Assembly (NCBI GenBank): GCA_963693365.1
Contig: CAVNZM010000006.1
Location: forward strand, 5,869,264-5,933,263
Length of the DNA: 64,000 nt
DNA from: Amoebidium appalachense
Taxonomy: Eukaryota > Protista > Ichthyosporea
Direction: 5' to 3'
A program made the position numbers and the translations under genes. The notes under the pieces were generated by a model. That model saw nothing but the letters and a program-made list of their open reading frames with translations. It was not told the DNA's origin and ran no database searches. Below, in pieces: positions 41,956 through 53,705 of this stretch (position 1 is the stretch's first letter; each line of letters starts with the position of its first letter).

Positions 41956-42161
41956 CTTTATGGTTTTGTATGTGTGTGTGTGCTGTGGTGTTTGCGCTTG
42001 TCTTCTGTTTTAGTGTACGCGCACGTGCGCCCGCCACCCCAACCACACACGTCCCTTTCCACCCTCGATCACACAAACATTCCGGTCACACACTTCTCAA
42101 ACCACACAATCTTAAAACTTCCACCTTTCGTTTGAGGGTGGTGGTGGTGGGGGGGGGGGGC

Positions 42162-42196
<35 letters not shown>

Positions 42197-42263
42197 GGGG
42201 GGGGGGGGGGGGGGGGGATGCAAACGACGGCCAGAGGGAGAGGCCGGGGGGGGGGGGGGGGGG

Positions 42264-42305
<42 letters not shown>

Positions 42306-42419
42306 TTGTAAAAGTTGGAGGTAAGTGAGGGGGGGGGGGGGGAGGGGGGGAGGGGGGCATAGTGCTGCCCAGCAGACACACAATACCCGGCATCTTGTCA
42401 AAAAGCCCCCTCCCCCCCC

Positions 42420-42459
<40 letters not shown>

Positions 42460-42812
42460 GCACCGTGATTCCTCTGTTCTCCCCGCTTCCTCAACCACGC
42501 TGAAGCCCCCCCTCCCGCCACGACGATATCGTTACACACAGTCATAAACACAGTGTTAAAGTTTATGAAAACGTTGTGTGTGTGTGTGTGTGTTGTGTAT
42601 ATGTGTGTGCGATTGTGTGTATGTGTGTGTGTGTCTGTGTGTGTGCCTGATGCTGGTGGTGATGATCGAAAAGGGGGGGGGGGGGGGGGGGCGCTCCCTG
42701 CCAAACAGACAAGCACCCCCTCCTGTGCTCTGCTTGTGTGCACGGCAGGAAGCTTCGATCATCGGGTGTGTGTGTGGACATGTGTGCTGAAAGCGGATGT
42801 GTATACCATCCC

Positions 42813-44056
42813 ACATGTGTGCATCTGTACATGTACATGTGCATCTGTACATGTACATGTGCATCTGTACGTGTGTGCATCTGTACGTGTGTGCATCTGT
42901 ACATGTGTGCATCTGTACATGTGTGCATGTGTACACGTGTGCATCTGTACATGTGTGCATCTGTACATGTACATGTGCATCTGTACGTGTGTGCATCTGT
43001 ACATGTGTGCATCTGTACATGTGTGCATCTGTACATGTGTGCATCTGTACATGTACATGTGCATCTGTACGTGTGTGCATCTGTACATGTGTGCATCTGT
43101 ACATGTACATGTGCATCTGTACGTGTGTGCATCTGTACATGTGTGCATCTGTACGTGTGTGCATCTATACAAGTGTGCATCTGTACATGTGTGCATCTGT
43201 ACATGTGTGCATCTGTACATGTACATGTGCATCTGTACATGTGTGCATCTGATGATGTACATGTGTGCATCTGTACATGTGTGCATCTGTACATGTACAT
43301 GTGCATCTGTACGTGTGTGCATCTATACATGTGTGCATCTGTACATGTGTGCATCTGTACATGTACATGTGTGCATCTGTACATGTGTGCATCTGTACAT
43401 GTACATGTGTGCATCTGTACATGTGTGCATCTGTACATGTACATGTGCATCTGTACGTGTGTGCATCTATACATGTGTGCATCTGTACATGTGTGCATCT
43501 GTACATGTGTGCATCTGTACATGTACATGTGTGCATCTGTACGTGTGTGCATCTATACATGTGTGCATCTGTACATGTGTGCATCTGTACATGTGTGCAT
43601 CTGTACATGTACATGTGCATCTGTACATGTGTACATCTGTACATGTACATGTGCATCTGTACGTGTGTGCATCTGTACATGTGTGCATTTGTACATGTAC
43701 ATGTGCATCTGTACGTGTGTGCATCTATACATGTGTGCATCTGTACATGTGTGCATCTGTACATGTGTGCATCTGTACATGTGTACATCTGCACGTGTGT
43801 GCATCTGCACGTGTGTGCATCTGCACGTGTGTGCATCTGCACGTGTGTGCATCTTTTCATGTGTGCACCTGTACATGTGTGCATCTGTACATGTGTAAAT
43901 CTTTTCATGTGTGCATCTGTACATGTGTGCATCTGTACATGCGTGCATCTGTACATGTGTAAATCTTTTCATGTGTGCATCTGTACATGTGTGCATCTGT
44001 ACATGTGTAAATCTTTTCATGTGTGCATCTGCACGTGTGTGCATCTGTACATGTGT
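42813..44056. repeat. Minisatellite, 16-bp unit (GTGCATCTGTACATGT) with 20/22-bp variants
   Basis: About 1.25 kb of direct tandem copies. Confidence 0.95.
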
Positions 44057-44793
44057 GGTTGCAGAAGAGGATTGGTGCATACGCGAAGACAGTGTATTTG
44101 TACGGTATTTGTATGTGGGTGCAGTGTATGCGTGGATTTTGCATACGGCCAATTGGGCTTATGTGGATTTTTATGCCGTGTGAGTAGGTGGGAGGTGTGT
44201 GTGTGTGTGCATGTGCGTGTGCATGTGTGTGCGTGTGCGTGTGCGTGTGCGTGTGCGTGAGCGTGCGCGTGCGCCCGTGCATGCCTGCGTGCGTGCACGT
44301 GTGTGTGTGTGTGTTTCTGAGGTGCGTGTGTATTTCGTTCATGTACGGACCTGTGAGTGCAGTGTGTGCTTGGATTTTGTGCATCAAGCCATTAAACTAA
44401 TATTTGTGTTTGTTTTGCGTGCGTGTATGTGTGTTTTATACTGTAGTTTTGTGTCGTCACAAACTGTTACCTATGTTCTGTGCGTTGGAGCATCGCATTG
44501 TTCACAAGCACGTTTTTCGTGGTAGTGTATGCGCATGTGCACATGGTTATAGAGAGATTGGGCTGATTCAAAAAAGACCAGACTCGTGTTATACTATATG
44601 AGACCAGGAAGGTGTTATACTATATGGCGGGGAAACAGGAGGGCAAGAAATAAAGGAGGGAGATATACAGGTTGGAAGCAAGTTGGGAAACGTTGCACAC
44701 CAAATCCTGGTGGGGCGGGGAGAGGGGGGAAGGGGGAGGGGAGGTGGGGAAGGGTGTTGTAGATGGGGATGGGGTGGGGAGGGTAAGAGACAA

Positions 44794-44837
<44 letters not shown>

Positions 44838-45234
44838 TGTGTGTGTGATGTGTGTCTTTGTGTGTTTTTTTTTTTTTTTTTTTTTTTTTTTTTGGGGGGA
44901 GGGGGGGGGGAGGAGGGGGGAGGGGGGGGGCTGGGGTCGTGGTGAAAGACACTGACTCGTTTTTTCAATCATTGTTTTTTTACTCGACAGGCCAGGGCCA
45001 TCTAGGCACACGTGCTGGGCTGGAGATTGACTTCAACAAATACACACATGTGGCATACACAAGGCCTACAACAAAAATAGTATACATATGGCTACCGCCA
45101 CTCACACTACTTGTTTTGCTCAATACATGGGGATGCAATAGTCTGCCAGAGATAGCATCAGGAACGTGTCCGCGCTAAACTAGCAGCTAGTCTAGGAGGC
45201 GTTGTAGTGCCGGCACCTGATTGGGCGCTGGCAT

Positions 45235-46806
45235 TTAGTAGAAGCGGTAGGCACGCTCATTGCCCCACGTGTAGTCACGGCGCTGGCGGTGGCCGTCCTC
45301 GTACTTGTTCTTGCCGTCCTCGTACTTGTTCTTGCCGTCCTCGTACTTGTTCTTGCCGTCCTCGTACTTGTTCTTGCCGTCCTCGCCGTCCTCGTACTTG
45401 TTCTTGCCGTCCTCGTACTTGTTCTTGCCGTCCTCGCCGTCCTCGTACTTGTTCTTGCCGTCCTCGTACTTGTTCTTGCCGTCCTCGTACTTGTTCTTGC
45501 CGTCCTCGTACTTGTTCTTGCCGTCCTCGTACTTGTTCCTGCCGTACATGTTCTTGTTGTCCTCGTACTTGTTCTTGCCGTACCGGTCGTCATACATGTT
45601 CTTGTTGTACTTGTTGTCCCCGTACTTATTCATGTACATGTTTCCTTCGTACTTGTTATCCTCGTACTTGTTCTTGCCGTACTGGGTGTTGTGCTCCTTC
45701 TTCTGCACTTTGCTGTAAGACCCCTGCCCGTAGTCCTTGCCGTAACTGTCCTCGTACTTGTTCTTGCCGTCCTCGTACTTGTTCTTGCCGTCCTCGTACT
45801 TGTTCTTGCCGTCCTCGTACTTGTTCTGCTCCTTCTTGCCGTAAGATTTGGTGTCTTTGCCGTAGCGATCCTCGTACATGTTCTTGTTGTCCTCGTACTT
45901 GTTATCCTCGTACTTGCTCTTGCTGTACCGGTCGTCGTACATGTTCTTGTTGTACTTGTTGTCCCCGTACTTGTTCATGTACATGTTTCCCTCGTACTTG
46001 TTATCCTCGTACTTGTTCTTGCCGTACTGGGTGTTGTGCACTTTGCCGTACGTCTCCTGCCCGTAGTCCTTGCCGTAACGGTCCTCGTACTTGTTCTTGC
46101 CGTCCTCGTACTTGTTCTTGCCGTCCTCGTACTTGTTCTTGCCGTCCTCGTACTTGTTCTTGCCGTAATCCTTCTTCACCTCCTTACCGTAACGGTTATC
46201 CTCGTACTTGTCCTTGCCGTAGCTCTCCTGCCCGTACATGTCGCGGCCGTAGTAATCCCTCTCGTAGGCCTGGCCGTAGTGGTCTTTGCCCATTCCCTGG
46301 CCGAACGAATCGTCGTGGTTGCTCTGACGGCCGTAGGAGTGGCCGTAGTGCTCGCTGCTGCCGTAGTAGGCCCCATCGTCGTACTGCTGCCGGCCCATGC
46401 CGTACCCGTGGCCATACTCCTGCCCGTACGAGTCGTCGTACTGACCGTATCCTTCGTCATAGTCGTCGCAGCGGCAGTCCTGGCTGTATTCCTCGTTCTT
46501 GTCATCCTCTTTCTTGCCGTAATCCTTCTTGTCGTCCCTCTTGCCGTTGTAATCCTCCTTCTTGTCGTCCTTCTTGCCGCCCTTGTGGTCCTTTTGGTCC
46601 TCTTTCTTGTCTCCGCCCTTATTCGAGACCGTCTCTGTGCCTGTGCGCAGCGTCAGCACTTTGGGATCCCACGTGGCTGGCTCTGTGCCGGCCGGCTGTG
46701 CCGATGGCATTGCTGCGGCGGTGGTTGGCGAGGCAGCGCCCAGGGCAGAGGGCAGGCAGGCCGCAGCCCCAAGCACGGCCAGAAGACGAATGCTGCTGGG
46801 CTTCAT
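45235..46806 (-). CDS. Secreted Lys/Tyr/Asp/Asn/Gly-rich repetitive protein (523 aa), intronless
   Basis: Signal-peptide-like N-terminus MKPSSIRLLAVLGAAACLPSALGA. Many DGKNKYE heptads and a larger internal duplication (NTQYGKNKYEDNKYEGNMYMNKYGDNKYNKNMYDDRY twice). Strong G/C third-position bias in this frame. Confidence 0.88.
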   Translation of the reverse strand: MKPSSIRLLAVLGAAACLPSALGAASPTTAAAMPSAQPAGTEPATWDPKVLTLRTGTETVSNKGGDKKEDQKDHKGGKKDDKKEDYNGKRDDKKDYGKKEDDKNEEYSQDCRCDDYDEGYGQYDDSYGQEYGHGYGMGRQQYDDGAYYGSSEHYGHSYGRQSNHDDSFGQGMGKDHYGQAYERDYYGRDMYGQESYGKDKYEDNRYGKEVKKDYGKNKYEDGKNKYEDGKNKYEDGKNKYEDRYGKDYGQETYGKVHNTQYGKNKYEDNKYEGNMYMNKYGDNKYNKNMYDDRYSKSKYEDNKYEDNKNMYEDRYGKDTKSYGKKEQNKYEDGKNKYEDGKNKYEDGKNKYEDSYGKDYGQGSYSKVQKKEHNTQYGKNKYEDNKYEGNMYMNKYGDNKYNKNMYDDRYGKNKYEDNKNMYGRNKYEDGKNKYEDGKNKYEDGKNKYEDGKNKYEDGEDGKNKYEDGKNKYEDGEDGKNKYEDGKNKYEDGKNKYEDGKNKYEDGHRQRRDYTWGNERAYRFY

Positions 46807-48131
46807 GGTGCTGGTTCAAAAATAATATGGTATCCTAAGGGGTGAAAAAAACAAAGATGAAGAAAGGTAGTAGAGATTAAAAAATTTTAACGTGTGCAAA
46901 CTGGAACTCCGAGCTCAGAGGTAGCGCGGGTGTAGTTGTGTTCGCTTGGCTGGCTCGATCCTGTGAGACGTGTGATAGAAACGGAGCTGAAAATGGCTTT
47001 TGTAGCCGAAGGGTGTGACAGTACTCCCATAACTCTGCAAACCTGACACTTGCAATGATACTTGGTAGAAATTTGGGGAGCGTGTGGCACAAAAGTCACC
47101 AATAGTAGGACCAACAGCATAGAATCGTTATGTTGTACCATAACACAATGACGATAACACTATTGACATTTGTAACACATTATCTATCACACAGACTCAG
47201 CCCGCTAGTTTAGCTATACCTTCAACGATATGTTGTATTTCCTGTTCATCCTGAGCTGTCATGGTGCTCGCCCTACCTGTCTCCAGTACATCGGTATCAT
47301 AGCTGCTAGCGCTAGCTGCTGGTCCGGGGAGATTGCGTAAATTTGTTCGTTAGTACATACTGCCTAGCAGAAGCCTCGTGTCTTCTTCGGATACCTTTGG
47401 TTACATTCGTTCACATGGGTGACTTTAAGTATATATCATCAACTTCTAACAGTTCCCTTTTCTTCTGCCCATCAGGGCCAACCGCAGCCTGAAAGATCAC
47501 CCGCGTCGTTTTGGATTTCAGATAGGAATGTTGGTAGCGCGATTGTATTGGATCCTTAAATCGCGTATCCATATTTGGTACGTATTAGCGCAATTCGATT
47601 CGCCATATCTAGATCTCTCAAGTTCGTGAGATCTTGTTCAAGATCTCTCGCATACATATTTGTAGTCGGTGTGACCTGGGTCGAAGAGTGACCACGCGAG
47701 TGAGCTCTCAGCTGAGATTTGCTGAGAAAAAGGCAAGGAGGGCCCGGAGAGAGAGAGATATAGAGGGGGGAGGGTGGGGGGGGGTTGAGGGATCCAACGG
47801 AGGTAGGGAATGTGGGAGTGAGTGAGCTCGAGGAAAGGAGGGATCCGGAGGCTGAGGTGGATGGGTTGGGGGCAGGGCCAAAGGATAAGGGGGGGGGGGG
47901 GGGGGGGGAGGCGGAGGCTGAGATCTGCCGAGAGAGAGGGAGAAGAGGAGGGAGCCGGAAGCCCGGGGGGAAGGAGAGCCGGGGGGGGGGGGGGGAGGGG
48001 GGTGTTGCAGGAAAATCACGTGTCCAGGAAATTCGTACTCCCCCTAAACCCCCCGTTCAGGAAAATCACGTAACCCGCCTATATGTTGGATACGTGATTT
48101 TCCTGGAACCCCTCCCCCCCCCCCCGTCCTC

Positions 48132-48284
<153 letters not shown>

Positions 48285-48561
48285 CATGTGCATTTGCCTG
48301 CACATAGAAGAAGGGGGGGGGGGGGGGGGGGGGAACGAAAAGGACTGTGTGCTGAGGATTAATGTAGGGGTGAATGACTTCTATAATCACGCTAGGGGTA
48401 CCTCCGCGTTTACGTTCTGGCTGTGACATGGGGAAGGGATAAGGGAAGGGGGCAGGAGGGGGGGGGGGAGGGGGGGGGGGGGGGGGGGGGGGGGGATGGA
48501 ACATGATGAGATTACTAACATTAAGGGACCTCTTTGCGGGCTGTACACACACAGACACAGA

Positions 48562-48600
<39 letters not shown>

Positions 48601-49074
48601 CACACACATACACACACACACACACACAAAACAGCCGATATGTACAGCTTGTCAGTGCCGTTCGTGATGGGGAATATTGTCGGGAATTTGACACCTATGT
48701 CACTGGCGATCACATCTACAGCGTCCAGTGGCCAATACGTCTCACCCTCGCGCAAGGTGCGGAATGTTACATTTGACTGTAACACCGGTCATCTATTGGA
48801 GAGGTGGCTGTCCACTATTATGGCAAAGATTACATTACAGTAATGCCTTATATTTAATTATCAGTGATGGCAAATAAGGAATGTATGTCTATTCGAATAT
48901 TATATTATCGATTGGATCAAGTTTGACTGCAAGCATGCACAATTATTATTTTTTTTCAATTTGAGAATGGATTAAATCGGTTATTTGGGGCAGTGTTGAA
49001 TGGTTCGAATTTGATTTCAGAAAAAAAAATAAAAATTTAACACCATAAAGGGGTTTACACACCATAAAAACCAT

Positions 49075-49237
49075 GACGTCACCGTTTCCGCGGAAACAGA
49101 GTAAATTGATGACGTCATAATTGCGTCACTGTTTCCACGGAAACAGAGTAGATCGATGACGTCATAAATGCGTCACTGTTTCCGCGGAAACAGAGTAGAT
49201 CGTTGACGTCATAATTGCGTCACTGTTTCCGCGGAAA

Positions 49238-49238
<1 letters not shown>
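49075..49238. repeat. About 3.5 copies of a 47-bp tandem unit containing palindromes, inside the Ginger-like element
   Basis: Unit carries CTGTTTCCGCGGAAACAG and ATGACGTCAT palindromes. Confidence 0.9.
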
Positions 49239-49299
<61 letters not shown>

Positions 49300-49361
49300 G
49301 GGGGGAGGGGGTTGTTGTTAAGTAGAATATCTTTTAACCAATTCATAATGTATGTTTTTCA

Positions 49362-50264
49362 GGGAGGGTACTGGCGAAACAGCGCTATCCACACGAGTTC
49401 TGAGGGCCTATGAGTCGCTTCAAAGCTCTTTGCCGCCCACACGTCTGACTCAGACGGCCTGGGGCACTTAGGCCGGGATTCTGCGATGGCTGCCTTCAAT
49501 GCACCGTACTCACTTGTTATGGGGAATGTTCGTGCACTGATGGATAAAATAATCCGGAACTGTGCTGCATGCCTGATACGGAAAACCATCCCTGCAAAGC
49601 CCCAACCACGGACGGTTGTTACTGCCGACAGGCCAGGACTAATCGTAAGTTGGATGTGTGGGAAGGTGAAAGCTGGGGTGGGAGGGAGGGGAAGGGGGGG
49701 GGGGGGGGGGGGGGGGGGGGGGTAAAAAGGAAAGATGGATGTTTGGAGACCGTTTGCCCATTACGATAGACCTTTCGCCTATTAAAAGTTTGATGGAAAT
49801 GGCACGCTGACATTAAATTCGGACCCTGGCAGGTTCTCCTGGATTTCAGTGGGTGTCCAGAAGACCCTCGGCGCATGCTTTTGGGCATTGACCATCACAG
49901 CAAGTATGGGTGGGGGATACCGGTGAAAGCGGAAACCACAGAGGAAGTTATCCGATTACTGGAGCGAATTTTGATGGACACCGATATCATTGAACTGTGG
50001 CTCGACAACGGCGGCAGCTTTGTATCGAACGAGTTCAGGGCATGGTATACGCAGCGGTGCATCACTATCATGAATCTCAAAGCATTCAGTCCCCAGGGGC
50101 ATGGTGAGATCGAGCGTCTGCACCGCACTATACGTGGGTTGCTGGAGACCGCGTTGGCTGCTGACCCGTCGCTCGATCAATCCTTTCCGGTTACACAGAA
50201 CCTGGCAAGCTTTTTGATCAGGTCATCATCCAATACAATCGGTGGTATCACTCCACACTCCACC
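49362..50264 (+). pseudogene. Intron-split HHCC + DDE (rve) integrase/transposase of the Ginger-like element
   Basis: Exon to 49644 encodes AAH...GHLGRD...CAAC. GT-AG intron 49645-49832. Exon 49833-50264 encodes LLDF, IDHHSKYGW, DNGGSF, PQGHGEIERLHRTIR. In-frame TGA (or frameshift) at 49411. Flanking exons unresolved. Confidence 0.85.
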
Positions 50265-50284
50265 GTGTGTGAGTGTGTGAGTGT

Positions 50285-50372
<88 letters not shown>

Positions 50373-50409
50373 ACATGCCAGCTGATACCGAGTGTCCCGA
50401 GGGGAGCCC

Positions 50410-50445
<36 letters not shown>

Positions 50446-50970
50446 GGGGAACCCCAACTAATTGATTTCTCCTTGTAGTCTTTATGGTGTCTCGTAGAGA
50501 AAGTAAACCCTGATATATAGTCACCACCCGACATCTATGTACGTGATCATGATATACCGCTGAGGGGATATTCCGAGCAAACCCCCCCCCCCATACCTGA
50601 GACTGGTTCTCTTTGCCTCGAGTAAACAGCGTAAACCCCTTTATAAATGCTGACTTTTTGAAAACCGAAACGAGTCCAACACATGCACTATATCTGTAAT
50701 GGGAATGCTAATCTGGCCCACGTTCCTGGATGAACGTGTTTCAAATTGAAGACGGGCGACGTGGATCATAAAGTGGTTCCTTGCACAATGTGTGTTCCGT
50801 AAGTCAGTGATGTTGAAAAGTCATAGAGCTTAAACAGTCCCAGTTATCCACGAACTGATTCGTGAACATTCACGATTGGCTCACTGCTCTCTTGAAATTG
50901 CTATATATATTAATCCATCTGGATATCTGCACTCTTAATGTATGAGTGATTACCGTGGTTTCTATTCAGC

Positions 50971-51001
<31 letters not shown>

Positions 51002-51341
51002 ATACACACAGTTTTGTCACACATATAATAATCACATGATCCACCCCCCTCCCCCCTCCCCCCGCCCTCCAAACACACACAGACAAAAAACAGTGCAGAC
51101 ACAGTTGACGATTCATGAAACATGCTTTGGTGACGGGATGATCGATGGGATCATTGCACGTTTATTGGCCACTCCCTCAACCCAATAAGATTTCTTTCCT
51201 GGTGCCCAGCACCACATATGTATCGCATATGTCCACTCATACACACACCCCTTCGTGAATAGCTATGGCAATGTGATCGAAAATTGATGAAAAAAAAAAA
51301 GTAAGTGAACTCAAACTAATTAATCAACTATCAGCATATCC

Positions 51342-51383
<42 letters not shown>

Positions 51384-51896
51384 GGGGACGGGGGGGGGGG
51401 GTCCAGGAAAATCACGTATCCAACATATAGGCGGGTTACGTGATTTTCCTGAACGGGGGGTTTAGGGGGAGTACGAATTTCCTGGACACGTGATTTTCCT
51501 GCAACAGGGGGGGGGGGGGGGGGCTCAGAGGGATAGAACTCCGAGGGAGAGAGGAGAGAGGGAGTCTCAGGGAGAGACGGGAAAGAGGGAGAGAGAGAGA
51601 GGGAGGGAGAGAGAGAGAAGGGGAGAGAGAGAGGGAGGGAGAGAGACGGCCTGAGGGGCCGGAGGGAGAGAGCATCATGACTCAGTGAGAGAAGGGAGAT
51701 TAGCCATATAAGGTGCGCGATCCTCTGGCATCGGCGGCTACGCCACCGGGTTCGAAGCTTTGTTGTAAGACTTTGGCTACACCTCTTCGTTTTTTGTTTT
51801 TTTTGGGTTGTTGTGTTCACACTGCTTGCAGTATGAAGTATTCGTCATTTTTAAACGTGAACTGATGTTGTTTCCACCTACATATTCACCTCTCAG

Positions 51897-53160
51897 GCAT
51901 TATCGCTACGTTGTTCACATATGTAACTACTTGCCGAGGCTCTGCATCATCTTATGTTTGCACGAAAGACTCAAATAATCATTCTCATCGAAAATTGGCG
52001 CAATCTTTCCCCGGCTCCGTGGGCTATGGCCGAGATGCATTGGCTGTTTGCTGCCGTCACAGTAACGCTACAAACATGTGTGCAGATTTGCAGGAAATTC
52101 TTTAGAAATTCCACCTCCTTCTCTTCCTCCTCTTCGCTCTCTACTTCTTCACCTTCACGGGGAGGGGGGGGAGGGATTGCGCCAATTTTCTATGGGGTTT
52201 GTTTTCGCGACATCACACCGCTGTCCACTTTTTGCACCAACATTACAAAGTTCGTTCTGAAGAACGACGCAAGCCTGAGGGGAATGCCGGTGTTGAGGTT
52301 GAACGCTGTCGCCCAGTTGCCGCATCTGCGCATCTGCGTGTGCTTGACGTGGGGGATTCATTCATCACCGCTCATCTGGCCATGGCTTTGCGTTCCTGCC
52401 CCACTCTCAAGCACATCATCTGTGGGCTGCGGTGATTTCCGTCCCCTCTCTCCCCACACGGGGATTGAGGTCTTGGAATGTTGCGACGTTTTCCCAATCA
52501 TGCCCCCTAGTGTGTCAAGTTGGCCCCTCACGCGCTTTGTCGCGCGCGTTCGCCCGGAGAGTTCAGGTATGGTCGGTCCTGAAGACATAAACTTCGTACG
52601 CACAGCACCTCGGCTGCGTCATTTGAAAATGGAACTGTACGCCACAGGAGACATCTCCCCAGTGTCTTCCTGCACCGAGTTGACGTCCCTCCGGACTAAT
52701 GCCGGGGACCTAACCCAATTTCCGCGTGCACCCAGTTGCGGTTCCTGTCCGTTGTTTCGGGCCACGCCACCGATTTATCCCCCTTGGCGCCGTGCAGAGA
52801 GCTGACGCACCTCGAATGTGCTCTCACGTCCCAGCATATCCCAGTATCCCAGCCCTGGATATCTCGCCGCTATCCAACATGACGCGGTTGGTGACGCTAC
52901 TATTGCAAATACAGACGAAAATCTACACGTTTTCCCCGCTATCTGCGTGCGGAAATTTGGAAGACCTTGCCGTTACTTTCGACCCGAATTACATGCCGGA
53001 TACGATCCCCCTCATGCAATGCGGGCGTTTGCGCAAATTTATGGTGATGCACCCCCCCCCCCCCCCCCCGCGCGAACAAATTTGGCCAGCTGGAACCGCT
53101 GATTTTGCACCCGACGCTGCAAAAAATCGTGCTGTTGCATTCTTCTTGAGTGCGACATGA
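51897..53160 (+). pseudogene. F-box-like/leucine-rich-repeat protein, frameshifted
   Basis: LRR-like units spread over different frames: DISPVSSCTELTSL, DLSPLAPCRELTHL, DISPLSNMTRLVTL, TFSPLSACGNLEDL. Weak F-box-like LAEALHHLMF...TLQTCVQICRKF, with a stop upstream. Confidence 0.6.
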
Positions 53161-53620
53161 GGAGGAAGAAAATGTGGAGAGAATGGGGGTTTTTGCGAGC
53201 GAGTGCCGGGAGAGGGAGATTGAGGCTACATTGAGAGCGTACTGATTGGGCGGGCGGGCGGACATAAAAAATGCCTGGATTGGTGCCAATCCCACTGTTT
53301 CTTTCGTAGTTGTGTAATGATTTTTATTTATATATGTATTTATATTATCATTTGGATATGTGAATATTGTTTTTATTTTTATATTATATTGACTTTATTG
53401 CATCACTCAAGTTGAAATATAACAAAGGAGATTCTGCAGATATATTGGGAATATGTCATTAATTATTTTTTTGTGGGGCCGGTACCCACATACTATGATA
53501 CGGCGGTTGTACTCAACAAAGACTTCCATTCGCTATTAATTTTAACTTATTTTTAAAATTTAAATGAAACCTGTATATCTGTTGATCAGAAATGGGTAGA
53601 GCAGTTTGTGGTAGCCCTAT

Positions 53621-53651
<31 letters not shown>

Positions 53652-53668
53652 GGGGTGGGTGGGTGGGT

Positions 53669-53705
<37 letters not shown>

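Noticed and set aside
42553-44260. Long Cys/His/Val-rich ORFs
   Set aside because: Translations of a minisatellite, open in several frames on both strands.
45207-46845. Plus-strand 543-aa Cys/Arg-rich and 518-aa Val/Leu-rich ORFs
   Set aside because: Antisense shadows of the secreted repeat gene, which has the signal peptide and codon bias.
49075-49238. CRISPR-like array of palindromic repeats
   Set aside because: The intervening sequences are near-identical rather than unique spacers, there are no cas genes, and the context is a eukaryotic transposon.
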